Shown here piece by piece: positions 1 to 14,401 of a stretch of 64,000 nt of DNA. Under the pieces are notes generated by a model. That model was not told where the DNA came from. It saw nothing but the letters and a program-made list of their open reading frames with translations, and made no database searches. Origin of the DNA: Octopus vulgaris (lineage: Eukaryota); the NCBI GenBank assembly GCA_951406725.2, contig OX597821.1:372001-436000 (forward strand), given 5' to 3'. Made by a program: the position numbers and the translations under genes. Every line of letters begins with the position of its first letter. Positions within the stretch are counted from its first letter, which is position 1.

Positions 1-2323
1 ACATAGATATATGTATATATTAAACACACACATGCATATATATATATTATACACATGCACACATACATATATATACTTATTATACACACACATTATAAAC
101 ACATTACACACACACACAAATATCACATTAGTGTACTGAAAGATGCAAAGTTCAAGAATTTCTATAAAAAAAAAACAAAAAACTTGATGCTGGAAAATTC
201 TTTTCTTAAATTAGATTTGAGAATTTTTTTGTAGAAGAAGGAATGGAATTTGGATCAGACCTTTACAAACTACGTTGATGTTGCTGATGATGATGTTTGT
301 TCTATGACGTTATTTTTGTAGTATATTGTCATTTTCTTATTTTATGCATTTATTTTTCTGCGCAGGTGGGGGTGGGGTGATGCTGGGTGAGTGGATGGGA
401 GGTCGGTTGTGGTGTGGGTTTTCCTTTTTTTTATTTCGTCTTTTTATGTGTTTTTTTAAAATTTATTTTGATTACAGGTGAAGAAATGAGAGCAAACGAA
501 CTTAAAGAAGAGGAAGAGAAGAGGAAAGGAAAGAAAGAGATAAAGATGAAGAAAGGAAGGAATGTGTGTGATGCTTTATAAAGTTCAATATCAGATGACA
601 TCACATTGAAGTTAATTCCCATCTTCAAGACTTCTCCCTTTCTCTGAGCAGTGTACAGTGATGTAAACAGTACAATTCTGTTGGTTTCTCTTGTTGCAGT
701 TTTTGTTTAACCCCAGGCCAGTCCTGGACGATAAGACCTTTAATCAAAGGGATTCCAGTCAAGACCATCCCTTCTGTTTTCCTTGGTTTAAGGAAAGCTT
801 AAGTTATGTTCCATGACTACTACACACCCTTCGAGATTAGATTGAGATGGTGGTAGTGAAATCAAAACCAAAAATGTTTTACCTATGATCATAAGATTCT
901 GGCTTCACTTCCAGGATTAGGCAGTACATTGTGTTCTTGAGCAAGACACTTGGTTCCATGTTTCTCAAGTCAACTCAGCTGAAAATGAGTAGCAGCTAAG
1001 AGGTTTGCTTCCCAAGCATATGGTTTCATTGCACAGCACCTTGTGTAAGTGTCTTTTACTATATAACCCCAGGCTGACAAAGCCTTCTGAGAGGATTTGG
1101 TAGATGGAAACTGAAAGAAGCTTGTCATATATATGATGGTTGTCTACTCCTTATGCAGAGTTTGACCCCCTCCTCTACCTACACCTTAAAACCATCATGG
1201 CATCTCATGTGGCTTTTTAATCTGTAAATATGTATACATCTTATTTTTTATTTTTTTAATTCTTATATGTGTGTATAAATATATATATATATTTACTTTT
1301 ATATATATATTATTTCTATTTAAATCTTACTGTATTTATATTTTAAATTGCATATCTTTTACTTTTTATATATATTTATATTATTTATATCTAATTCTTA
1401 TTTATATTTGCAAATCGCATGTCATATATACACATATATATTATCATCATTTAATGTCCATGTTCCATGCTGGCATGAGTAGGATGGTTTGACAAGGAAC
1501 TAGTAAGATGCAGAGCCATGTCAAGCCCCAGTGTCATGTATGGCTTGGTTTCTGTAGTTGGGTGCCTTTCTTAAGGTCAATTACGTTACAGAGTGTTTTG
1601 GGTGCTTTTTATGTGGCACCAACACTATTGAGGTTGCCATGTAACTTACAAGACAGAAAAGAACAGACAAGAAGTAACCAGGTGGTTAGGAAGCAAGCTT
1701 CTTACCAAACAGTCATGCCTGCACCTATGTTATTATTTTTTTGTATATATATCTTGGTCTACGTTACCCAGTAAGTTCACCTATTCTAAAGACAAGAGGG
1801 TGAGATTTGAGAGAGGCTTGGCTGATATTTCTAGCATGGCAAGATGCCACATAAATGTTGGTTTGTAGGTCTTGTTGTTGATGTTGTTGTTATTGTTGCA
1901 GCTGTTAAGACAGGTCAGTGATGTAATTAATTCTCTTTGATAACGCTAATTAGAAATGTTCAGTGGGTGGGAAAAACTAACAAATGACTAAGCATTATGT
2001 AACATGCCATGGGGTGGGGGTGGGGGGATAAGGGTGTTGTTGCCGTTGTTGTTGGGGAGATGTTGATATTACTCTTATGGTGGTAGTGGTAGTGGTGGTA
2101 GTAGCATTGCTGTTGGTGTTGTTTCTGTTATTTGTGCTGTTGTTGTTGCTGGCTCAACTTTTGTTTCTTCTGTTAACGCTTCTATTACCAATCACAGTTA
2201 ATCAGTGAGTGTGTGTGTGTGACTGTATACATGTGTGTGTGTGACTGTATACATGTGTGTGTGTATCCATCCTCATAATTAGATCAATTATATATTAATA
2301 TAATATACATATAAATATGTGTG

Positions 2324-2358
<35 letters not shown>

Positions 2359-3372
2359 GCATATGAAATATCTCACTCTGTGTGTGTGTATATATATATA
2401 TATTTATGCGTATATACATATATAAGCATATAAATGCATATATTTATATATGTATATATAGATGCATATATATATATCTATATATGCATTTAGAGTTGCT
2501 GATATATATATATATATATCAGCAACTATCTTTGTAGAATAAATGAAGTAGACACTACTGATGAGCAGGCAACAGCCAGGTAAAACTAATTAAGTTTTTC
2601 TTCAGCTCCTTCTACATGATATGCCCTTTGGTTTAACTAAACAGTCTATTAGCACAGAAGCTAAATACATGTTTATTAAACGTATGCCTATAAACTTATT
2701 TGCCACATACACACACATATATATACATACACATACATAAATTTATATAAATATACACACGTATTCACACACACATGCACACATATACATACACATACAT
2801 TATATAAACAATCAGTACTGATTTGTAGATTTAAATTAGCACAAAGAAAAATACTTAACATGATTAAAAACAAAAAAGCAAAACAAGGCAAAAGAAAAAC
2901 TCCGTTAACCTTTTGTTAATTAAATTCTATTTTGAAGGTTTGCAATGCAAAAAATAAATAAAAAAAAAACAAAAAGAAAGCAAAAAAAACTTTCTTTTAA
3001 TCTTTGAAAGATGGTAGGCTTGAATTTTAAGTAAAAGGAATTTTTAAAAGGTTTCATAAAAAGAAGAAAAAAAATAATGAGAAGCTTATAACTGCAGTAT
3101 TTAATAATTGTTTTGTATTTACTAATTATTATTTGTGGTGGTTTTGGTGGTGGTGATCGTTGTTGCAGGGCTGTTTTATGTGTCTTTTTGTTGTTTCTCT
3201 TGTCTTGATTTTACAACTCCCATATCTATGTATTTGTACATGTTTTTATATTTTGAGCATATATATATATTCATCATTATTATCATTTAATGTCCATGTT
3301 CCATGCTGGCATGGGTTGGAGACACACACACCTATCTATCCATCTGTCTATCCATCCATCCGTCTATATATA

Positions 3373-3415
<43 letters not shown>

Positions 3416-3559
3416 ATGATAGGAAATGGAATGAATGACATTATTTAAAATCACTACAATTGTTTAAACACAGTTTTACATTGGTAAGGTGATTTTTAGT
3501 CACTATCATGCATTGAAGGTGTGAAATGCACTTTCTCAGGTGATTGTTTAAAGAAGATT

Positions 3560-3590
<31 letters not shown>

Positions 3591-4550
3591 CGTATGTGTA
3601 TCTATCTATCTATATGTATATGTGTGTGTGTGTATTACTGCTTATGACATAGTCAGAATGTTACCATTGGTTTCACACTCACTATTACACTTAACAATAT
3701 CATCTCTTCAGATATGATGTGTGTGTGCATGTTTACGCACACACATACACATTGCATTTATATATATTTATTGCATTATTTGTTCCATTATATATATTTA
3801 CTTCTCTCTGGTTTAGCTCTTTGCCACTAATTACATCAGATCTGATCAGGAAATAATTACTTCAAGATGGAAGTCACTGAACTAAACAAAGGAAAAGACG
3901 TATTGAAAATAGTCATCCTTACAAAATTGATAAACATAATACCAGGCAAATACTGGGGTTTGAATGGTCACTCTCAAAAAAGTGAATAGTTTCATACTTT
4001 TATTGGTGAAGCTGTGGAGAGTATACTACCAGTGAGCTATACTGTAAACAAACTATTGTTGAGTTCAAATAATTTTGCTTTAAAAAATAAAAGGAAAAGT
4101 TCTTCAAAACCCGTACAGCTGCTTTGGTTGTTAGGAATACTCTGCTTCCTTCTTTCAATCAGGAAGGGCAGGTAGTTTGCCATTATCTGGTAAGCAGTGA
4201 GATTGTATGCTAGTTGAGACTGAAAGGAATGAGGACAGACATTCATCTTTTCAGTCAAGCCATCATCAACTTGATCAAGTTCCTCTGAGAAATGGAGGTG
4301 AGGTTAGAGAGGGACTGGTGTGTGGGACAGAGCCAGTGTGCCCTGAATAAATGGGCCCCGGAGACAAAAGAAAGGATACTTGCTCCTGGCAGTGAGGATA
4401 ATTCAGAGATCTTGTGGTTTCTTATTTGGCACCAGGTGGAGCCAGGTGGGACATTTCATTTACTTTTCTTTCATACATACAATACATACATACTTATGTC
4501 TACATATACGTAAACATGCACACATATATACACTTATACACGATATATAT

Positions 4551-4583
<33 letters not shown>

Positions 4584-5180
4584 CATATATATATATAATA
4601 CATATACACACATATATATGATATATAAATATATATATATATATATATAATACATATACACAGATACATTTAAACAAAATACATTCATATACACATACAT
4701 AATACCTACATATACATATACAGTCTATTAGCACCATCACCACCACCACATATATATATATACACAGACATAATACATAATACACACATACACACACATA
4801 ATACACATGTGTATGTGTGTATAGCTATATGCGAATGTGTGTGTTTGTGTGTGTTTCAGCTTTTTGTCTTGTAGAAAGATATTGTAGTGGAATTCAGACA
4901 TACTGATACAGATTTCTAATTTGATAACATTAAACACAGATCCATACACATGTACAAAATGACAGACACATATACATCGTTGTATGTGTACACACACACA
5001 CACACACACACACATTTACTGAATAATGAGAGTGATGATGATTAATAAACATAGAATTACTTCTGTAGACTCAGTGATTCTAGTAAGATTATTATAAATT
5101 GATGTAATAACCAGGAGTCAAGGGATAATGTGTTGTGTGCGTGTGTGGGGAGGGGTGAGGGTATGGCAGGGAGATGGAGA

Positions 5181-5221
<41 letters not shown>

Positions 5222-5596
5222 GAAAGAAAGGGTGGGAAAAGGATAGGGAAAGGTTTGGAAGAAAGAAAATGATGCAGTTAGATAATGATATTAAAAGTTG
5301 TTTACGGTGATGTTGATTGTTGTGATGATAGTGATTGAGATAGCTGATGGTGGTGGTGGTGGTGATGGTGCTTATGATGACAGTGGTGGTGATGATGATG
5401 GTGGTGGTGATGAAGGTGGCTGTGATGATGATGATGATGGTAATGATTTAGTTGATGAAATGAAATGATTTACATGTTTCGATAATTCTTACTTAATTAA
5501 GGATTAAATAAAATTAAATTGGGGAAAAAAAATGAAGACGAAAATCAAATAAATAATTTAATTACAAAACAGAAGAGATAAAAATCACAATAAATG

Positions 5597-5647
<51 letters not shown>

Positions 5648-5649
<2 letters not shown>

Positions 5650-6070
5650 GGTGGTAAGCTGGCAGAATCGTTAGGTTGTCAGACAAAATTCTAGCCAGTA
5701 TTTCTTCCAGCATTTTATGTTCCGAGTTCAAATCTTACTGAGTTTAACTTTGCCTTGATAAAATAAGTACCAGTTGAACACTGGGATTGATGTTATTGAC
5801 TGCCCCACCCCTAAAATTTCAGGCTTTGTGCCTATATGAGAAATAACCATTATTAGAAGTAGAAGCTGGCTGAGTCATTAGCATGCTGGCCAAAATGTTG
5901 CTAAGCATTTGGTCTGTATGTACATTCTGAGTTCAAATTCCACTGAGGTTGACTTTGCCATTCATCCTTTCAGGGATTGATAAATTAAGTACCAGTTGCA
6001 TACTGGAGTTGATGTAATCGACTAGTACCTTCCCCATTAAATTTCAGGCCTTGTGCCTATTATAGAAAGG
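5648..6070 (+). mobile_element. Two head-to-tail copies of tRNA-derived SINE family A (about 210 bp)
   Basis: ggtggtaagctggcagaatcgttag (A-box-like), gagttcaaat (B-box), gactttgcctttcatcctttc..gataaattaagtaccag, then ccttgtgcct. Confidence 0.85.
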
Positions 6071-6120
6071 ACCATTATTATTATCATTATTATCATTCAG
6101 TTCTATATTTAAGAGATGAA

Positions 6121-7142
6121 GAATTATGTACATTATTTACATTCGGCGGATATTTGTCCTCATCTTGTTTGTTGTTAACCCAAAGTTTCGGCTGATATAC
6201 CCTCCAGCCTTCTTCAGGTGTCTTGGGGAAATTTTATAATAATAATGAAATTATAGTATACAGTGCTCAGGTGCACCACAACTTGTCAAAAAGTGCGTAT
6301 AAAGTATATGCAGTAATGTACAAATGTCTGGAAAGCAAACAGTGTATGAGTCAGATACATGTTTGTGTGTGTATGGAGGGGAGAAAATCAGGTGTAGTGT
6401 TGGCGAATCTCAGGAAGCATGGATGTTTTGAAGGATGCAGTGCTCCGACAACTAACAACTGATGCTGGCAGTCTGTTCCATGCTTCAGCAACTCTTAGCA
6501 TGAAAAAATGTTTCCAAAAGTCATGGGAGCTGTGGTGTTTTGTGACTTTGTAAACATGTCCACTAGTGTTAGACAGGTGGAGTTTGAAAAGGTGCTCAGA
6601 GTTATTGTTTGTACGATGGTTAATAATTTTATGGGTGTCTGCCAAGTCAGCTGCTAGATGTCAGAGTTGCAATGTGTCCATGCCCAGAGAAGTAGGGCGT
6701 TCAGAATATGGCAAATGCCTGATGGAGGGTATTCTCTTGGTTGCATGTCACTGAACGGCTTCCAGACGATTAATATCCTGGGCAAAATAGGGGTTCCACA
6801 CCGGTGATGCAAATTCCAGGTGAGGTCTTACCATAGCTATATAAAGCTGCAGATAGATAACCGGAGAGCGGCTCACAAAGGACTTGGTGAGTGATGCCAA
6901 GACACCCTCAGCCTTCTTGGCAATTTTAGCGATGTGTTTTGTCCAACGCAAATCGCTGAACCTGGGTTCTCATTCCTAAGGTATTTTTCAATGTTATTAT
7001 TATTATTATTGTTGTTCAGGTCACTGCTTGGAATTGAACTCAGAATCTTGGGGTTAGTAGCCTGCTCTCATAACCACTACGGGTATATAGTGACAAACCG
7101 GATGAGGACAAATATCCGTCAAATGTAAATAATGTAAATAAT
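6121..7142 (-). mobile_element. tRNA-headed hammerhead element interrupted by the CR1-type fragment, with 42-bp inverted ends
   Basis: 6121-6234 plus 6957-7080 is collinear with the uninterrupted copy at 26478-26740. 6123-6164 is repeated in inverted orientation at 7101-7142. Confidence 0.8.
6235..6956 (-). mobile_element. CR1/L2-group LINE 3' fragment (ORF2 C-terminus plus 3' UTR) with in-frame stops
   Basis: LYIAMVRPHLEFASPVWNPYFAQDINRLEAVQ*HATKRIP...KHFFMLRVAEAWNRLPASVV...FK, followed by a 3' UTR with gtgcacctgagcactgta and an (ATT)n tail. Confidence 0.9.
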
Positions 7143-7162
7143 GGATTATTATTATTATTATT

Positions 7163-7376
7163 AAGGCGGCGAGCTGGCAGAATCGTTAGCATGCCGGGTG
7201 AAATGCTTAGCGGTATTTCGTCTGTCTTCACATTCTGAGATCAAATGCCACCGGGGTTGACTTTGCTTTTCATCCTTTTGGGGTCGATTAAATAAGTTCC
7301 AGTTATGCACTGGAGTCGATGTAACTGACTTAATCCTTTCCCCCAAATTTGAGGCCTTGTGCTTCCACTAGAAAGG

Positions 7377-7441
<65 letters not shown>

Positions 7442-7847
7442 CATTATTAAGGTGGTGAGATGGAGGAATTGTTAGTATGCTGGATAAAATACTCAGTGGC
7501 ATTTTTGCCTGTTGCTATGTTCTGAGTTCAAAATCTGCCAAGGTTGACATTGTCTTTCATCCTTTAGAGGTCAGTAAATTAAGTACCAGTGAAATACTGG
7601 GGTTGATGTAATTGACTAGTCCCCTCCCAAAAAATTTCAAGCCTTGTGTCTTTAGTAGAAAATATTAGTTTTATTATGCCAGTAAGCTGGCAGAATTGCT
7701 AGTTGCTAAGCTGGCATCTTTATGTTCTGAGTTCAAATTCCACCCAGGCTGACTTTACCTTTCTTCCTTCCAGGGTCAATAAAATAAGTACCATTTGAGA
7801 TCTGGTTGGGAGTGGGTCAATTACTGGTTTTGTGCATAAATTTGAAA

Positions 7848-7920
<73 letters not shown>

Positions 7921-8381
7921 GGTGGTGAGCTGGCAGAATCGTTAGCATGCCGGGCAAAATGCTTAGCAGTATTTTGTCTGCCACTATGTTCTGAGTTCAA
8001 ATTCTGCTGAGGTTGACTTTGTCTTTCATCCATTTTGGGCCCAATAAATTAAGTACCAGTGAAACACTGGGGTCGATATAATTGACTAGTCCCCTATCTC
8101 CAAATTTCAAGCCCTGTGCCTTTAGTAGAAAGGATTATTATTATTATTATTATTACTATTATTATTAAGGTGGTAAGCTGGCAGAATTGTTAGTATGCTG
8201 GGAAAAATGCTTAGCAGCATTTTGTTCATTTTTACATTCCAAGTTCAAATTCTGCTGAGGTTGACTTTGCCTTTCAACCTTTCGGAGTCAATAAATTTAG
8301 TACCAGTGAAACATTGAGGTCGATATAATCAACTAGTCCCCTTCTCACCAAATTTCAGACCTTGTGTCTATAGTAGAGAGG
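7163..8381 (+). mobile_element. Five head-to-tail copies of SINE family A separated by (ATT)n
   Basis: Copies start at about 7163, 7449, 7680, 7919 and 8168 with the same head and body motifs. Confidence 0.9.
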
Positions 8382-8538
8382 ATTATTATTATTATTATTA
8401 ATATAGAAAGTATTGAGGTAACTCCTCCTGAAGATACAGAGTCAAAATTAAAAGAAGAGTGCCATTGTTATCTAGTGAACGATATTTCGACATCTTGTGT
8501 GTCTTCAACTGGTTCAAAAAATATTATTATTATCATCA

Positions 8539-8591
<53 letters not shown>

Positions 8592-9078
8592 TTGGTAATG
8601 GAATGACAAAGTGTGTAGTGGTAATTAGCTAAGTACTTTCATATCAAGAGTTCTAATGGGTAAGCATTAAATTTTCCTCCTTCCAAGGTCAACTAAATAA
8701 TTACCTCTCATGCAGTGTCATTCGTTAAACTGGTTACACCCTAAATCTCAATTTTGTGACATTGCACCATATTTGGAAACCATTATTTATTGTAGTTAAG
8801 ATTATTTATTGTTGGCGTTGATATTGAGTTACATCCCTTTTAGATTCTGAGTTCAAATGATGCTAGTTTCACTTTGGTTTTTACTCTTATAATGCTGTAA
8901 AACATGAATACTAATCAACTACTAGGGTTGAATTAATTGACTATTTGCATCCTGAAGATGTGGTGGGGATGTTAGAAACCATTGAAATTATTATTTAGAA
9001 CTTTTTTATTGCATCCACAGGCTGATATACTTGTATGTACGAAATATAGTAAATTTTTCAGTTATAAAATTTGTACAA

Positions 9079-9226
9079 CTTCCCAACCACATGGTTCCAG
9101 ATTCAGTCCCACTGCACGGCACCTTGGGCAAGTGTCTTCTAATATATCCTTGGGCCAACCAAAGCCTTGTGAGTGGATTTGGTAGATTTGGTGGATTTGG
9201 TAGATGGAAACTGAAAGAAGCCCATC

Positions 9227-9264
<38 letters not shown>

Positions 9265-9456
9265 ATGTATATATGTGTATATGTGTTTGTTATTTGTGTT
9301 TGTCCCCCCACCATTGCTTGACAACCGATGTTGGTGTGTTTATATCCCTGTCACTTAGCAATTCAGCAAAAGAGACTGGTAGAATAGGTACTAGGCTTAC
9401 AAAGAATAAGTCCTAGCTACAGTCAAATGACTGAAGTGAGTAAAAGAATAAAAGAA
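9079..9456 (+). mobile_element. SINE family B copy
   Basis: Collinear with 41372-41773. Confidence 0.85.
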
Positions 9457-10182
9457 TATTCGTATCTCTATTTGCAACAAAAGTCGTGTTTCCACTATGA
9501 CTTAAAACAGTCAGGCTTGAATAGGAATCTTCTGGTAATTGCCATTTGAATGGAAATTTTGTTTTCATTATAAAACACATATTTCTATGTTTGTACCACC
9601 CCCTTGAGACCCAGCTACGCTTTAGCTGAGAAAACTAAAAATATCACATAAGTAATAGAAATATCCTAAATTCAGTGGTGGCGTTAATGAAGATGTTATG
9701 CATTAATTTAATGTGTTAAACTTATCTGTATTAATGTGTATTGAATTATGCATAGATATATACAAGATTTACATAGATATAAGTGTTACAACTTGTGACC
9801 CGCCCACAGACTTCTTTCTTTGGAAATGTTTGCCCACTGCACTAAATAGTTTCCCCATTGTTGATTTAAAACATATATGTGCACAGACACAAGTGTGTGT
9901 GTGTGAGTCTGTGGAAGCTTGTGACTTAGTGGTCAGGGTATTGCACTCATGAGTGTTAGATTGTGGTTTCAATTCCTGGATCAGGTAATTGGTTGTGTTA
10001 AAAATGAGGAGTCCTGCAATGGACCAGTGTCCCATCCAGAGGATGAATATATATACCAGAGAATCCGGGAAACCGGCTGTATGAGCCAATGGCTTATAAT
10101 ACAGATTATATACCTGTCCAGCCTATGCCAGCATAGAAAGAGGATGTAAAATGATGATGATGATGACAAAGATGATGATAGT

Positions 10183-10300
10183 GAGAGACCCAAGAAGACA
10201 TGGGATAAAGTACTGAAGAATGACCTTAGGATGCTGAACCTTTCAGGCAAGATAACAAAGGATGGAGATGCCTGGCACCTTGCCATAATCAAGAAAACAC
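10183..10300 (+). mobile_element. RTE-clade LINE, extreme C-terminal remnant
   Basis: RPKKTWDKVLKNDLRMLNLSGKITKDGDAWHLAI continues the motif at which 49988 stops. Confidence 0.6.
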
Positions 10301-10455
10301 ATACTCAGCAGCAGAAGTGTTAAGACCAGGCCCTCTGGTGGTGAAAAGCACTTGGTGCCATGTAAAAGTCCCCATATGGTGCCATGTAAAAGCATCCGTG
10401 TGGAGTCACATAAAAGTGCTGTGCAGTACCATGATTTTGAGCAATAGTCTATATC

Positions 10456-10920
10456 AGGGTTTTTCAACCATGTTTTTATCTATGGACACCTCTGATTTCT
10501 ATTTTATTATGGTGGACCCTCATTCAATATTTAGAAATCAATTTTTTAGAGACTTCTTTCAAAATTCCTATTTTGCTTTTCACTTGTGTGGGTTGAACTA
10601 TGTAAAAGAAAGAAACCCAGCTGTTTCATGCAATACATACCTATACATACATCTAAAGCAAAATTTTTTCAGGGTCCCTTAAAATACTATTATGGATCCC
10701 CAATTTACTATTTTGTTGCAGGAACCCCCAAAAATCTAAAATGGTCCCTGAGGGGCAACATGTAACATGTTAGAGTAAGAAAACTTAGCTGTTTCTTGCA
10801 TACAGCTAAATACATACATCTAAAGTAAAATTTTTTCAGGGACCCTTAAAATTCTATTGTGGACCTTCAATTTATCATTTTGTTGTGTGGATCCCCTAAA
10901 ATCTTATACAGAACCCCTGG
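10456..10920. mobile_element. Probable hAT-type MITE remnant with an internal direct duplication of about 150 bp
   Basis: Starts cagggtttttcaacc, a hAT-like end. agctgtttc.tgca..tacatacatctaaag.aaaattttttcaggg.cccttaaaat occurs at about 10619 and 10787. Confidence 0.5.
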
Positions 10921-11733
10921 GTTTCATATGAGTATTTGAACTCAGAATGAAGAACTGGAAGAAATGTCGTAAAGCATTGTATCCCCTATACTAACAATTC
11001 TGCCAGTTTGCCATCTTAATAACAAGGTAATTGCTGTTGCAAGCATCCTCCTCATCACTACCAAAACCATCTCCATCACTATTATTACCACTTCTATATT
11101 CTCATATTTGGTACAATTTAATCCAAACTAACAGAAAAGAAGATAAACGGAAAAAACAAAACCAAAAATTTGTTAAGCTGTCAAATTTATTTTGAAATAA
11201 ACGATGAGAAGGTAAAAAGAAAAGAATGTAAATAAACACAGAAGAATCTCATTAAAGTGTTGGAGGATTAGCTTAATTATAATTATTATATAGGAGATTA
11301 ATGCGATTAATATACCTTATTGCAGTAACTATAGCTATTGGTAGATTACCTCTGGCTTTATTCTAAGCCATTACCTACTTTGAACTATCCACCCAACCAT
11401 GTTTTCATTCATGCATACATACATACAAACATATCCACAGGTGTAAATAATAAGCGTATGTGTGTGTGTTTTTGATAGTGGCTACCTGTATCAATACTGG
11501 CCTTTTATATGTATGCGTATGTTCATTTCTGAATGTGTGTGTGTGAATATATGAAGATCTTAATCAGATAATCAAGAAGACCACTAATTTATAAATTACT
11601 CGATGTTTTAAAATGTAGAGTATATATTCATTATTTCAATAAACCCTATACAATATATTATACATAATAATATATATATATATATGTATCTCAAGTTTGT
11701 TTACGGGATGCATTGTTGAGTTTGTCTGTCTGC

Positions 11734-11787
<54 letters not shown>

Positions 11788-11788
11788 G

Positions 11789-11826
<38 letters not shown>

Positions 11827-12065
11827 ACTTTAAATGAGGAGTAGATAGACAGCCGACAACTGATGAAGGGTTGTTCTTTGTGTTACTTGTCCTATCTTCT
11901 ATTTTTTTCTCTGCTTTGTGTATTTAACTCATTTGTTTTCTTATTTCATGTTGTTTACAGTTGGTGACATCCTGTACCTATATATATATATTATTTATAT
12001 TATCATTTAATTGAATGCCACGCAACCATTTCCAAGTTAGTTTATATATATATATGCATATATAT

Positions 12066-12535
12066 ATACAAGATAAGAAAATGGAGAAATACATCTAAAT
12101 CAAATATCAATTACCAGATAATACTCAATCACATACTTTATTAAACCACCACATAAGAGACTGTAGGGTTAGATATAAAAAGCAGAACAAATCAGTGTAC
12201 ATAAAGGAATGTACATAAAAAAAGTGTACATAAGAGAGTAGATTTGTTCTGCTTTTTTATATCTAGCCCTACAGTCTCTTATGTGGTGGTTTAATAAAGT
12301 ATGTGATTGAGTATTATCTGGTAATTGATATTTGATTTAGATGTATTTCTCCATTTTCTTATCTTGTATTAGTAACTTGTGGTAAATCATTTTACCTTTG
12401 CCCATATAATACAGTAAATGAATTGATTGCATCGCAATCATTAACATTTATGTATTAACTTTGTTGGGTACTTCACTAGCAGTATATTGGATATATGTTA
12501 TCTCATAGAGGGTTGCATTTACAACCCCTATCTCA

Positions 12536-12540
<5 letters not shown>
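12066..12540. mobile_element. (TA)n-flanked fold-back insert with a 128-bp near-perfect inverted repeat (12066-12193 / 12241-12369)
   Basis: The arms match except for one substitution and one homopolymer indel. The 47-nt loop holds three gtacataa copies. The right arm continues about 170 bp to (TA)n. Confidence 0.85.
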
Positions 12541-12603
<63 letters not shown>

Positions 12604-13438
12604 AAAATGATTATTTCAATATCAAGAGAAAAGGTTGCAAGAAGTAATGAAAATTTTAGAAAAGAAAAAAAAAATGAGTGGAAATCGAACTGGTGAGTGT
12701 GTTAATTAATAAGGTATTAAAACAGAATGAGTCTCCCCAGACACAACAAAACATAGATAAAGTGTTTGCTTTTAGCCGTCTTTGGCACAGAGCAAGATCT
12801 ATTAAATCATGTCAAACTGTCCAACCCCCACCAGCATTGGACATCGACATGAAATGACGATGATGATATATATATATATATAGGTATGGTGATGCAAACA
12901 GGTAAAATAGAACTTAAAATAATGGTATATGTATATTTTTATTAATATTTAGCAGAAGTACTAGAGTAACTCAGAGGTTGAGAATTTTGTGCATTGACAC
13001 TTATCAAACTAGTATATATGTGTATATACACACACACACACGACAAGCTTCTTTCAGTCTCAGTCTACCAAATCCACTCACAAGGCTTTGGTTGGCCCGA
13101 GGCTATAGTAGTGTACACTAGCCCATAGTGCTATGCAGTGCATTAAACCTGAAACAATGTAGTTGGAGAGCAACCTTCTTACCACACAGCCACGTATAGT
13201 TTGCATGAATTTTTAGTGGATGTTATCTGCCGGCTGCAAGATGTTGTGTGAATTTCTTCTTGTATTTTTCTATTTTTTGGCCTACAAAAGTTTTCAAGTA
13301 TCTGTTATTAATTCTTGCTTGATTCAGTCCTATGATGGACTTATTTAAAGCTTCTTTAGTGGATGAAAGTTTAAAAGATTAACTCAGAAGGGTTTCAGAT
13401 ATACACATTTAATAATTATCAGAATACTCATATGTGTA

Positions 13439-13486
<48 letters not shown>

Positions 13487-13603
13487 TATATAACAGCACA
13501 CATTTATATACATAACTGCACAAACATGCACACACAGATAAAGATGCATGCATGCATACATAGACACACACATATATCTATTCCCACAAACATATATATA
13601 TAC

Positions 13604-13666
<63 letters not shown>

Positions 13667-14355
13667 GATAGATAGAATCACACACACACACACACATATC
13701 CTTTCTTCACATAGTACAGGAAGTGCATTAGAATCTGATTTTAGGATGAGTATTTTGTGACCTAATTAATACTTTTGTGTATGTGAATGCATTCCTGTGA
13801 GTGTTTTTATGTTAGTGTGTGTGTGTGGACCCCCACCTGTATGTATATGTGTGTGAGTATGCATATATATACTTCCATATTGACTGCTACACAAATACAT
13901 TCAGAAACTGTACACACACACACACACACACACACATACACACACACACACACTAATGACCACATACAGGTACATCATTGCTTTGAAGTTGATCTGCTGC
14001 TCAAACAAAGGAAACCGTATCCATCGGTTCTTTCAAGTTTACTTGGCAATCATGAAATCCTGGGGAGTTTTTGCCCTATGGGTGAAAATAGGTAAATGGA
14101 AACTGTGGGAGTTCTTTGAATGGACTGTAACCATAATTCATGATTTGTGAGATGAGACATTGCCATGTGTGTAGATCCTTCTGAGGATTGTGTTAAGAGT
14201 ACAAGAGTTGCCTGTGGAGAACTGAACTGATAGATAATATCAGTCATGAAACATATTCAATGGACACAATTGGAAGATTGATTATCACCACTTCATATAT
14301 ATACACACTTCCATATACATACATACATACATACATATATACATACATACATACA

Positions 14356-14401
<46 letters not shown>

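Noticed and set aside
2494-2600. Palindrome agttgctg(AT)ncagcaact followed by ctgatgag...taaaac
   Set aside because: The palindrome is mostly (AT)n. The hammerhead-like motif lacks GAAA and clear stems, so it is at best a decayed remnant.
7021-7080. tRNA-like sequences here and at many SINE heads
   Set aside because: A- and B-boxes are present but there is no complete cloverleaf or acceptor stem, and they continue into repeat bodies. They are SINE heads, not tRNA genes.
8473-8515. Minus-strand TTGAAGA-cacacaagatgtc-GAAA hammerhead-like motif
   Set aside because: The core C is missing and the stem registers are ambiguous; too degenerate to call.
13200-13400. Possible decayed Penelope RT C-terminal fragment on the minus strand
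   Set aside because: Only a vague resemblance (SSTKEALNKS..NNRY), with stops; not supportable without a profile search.
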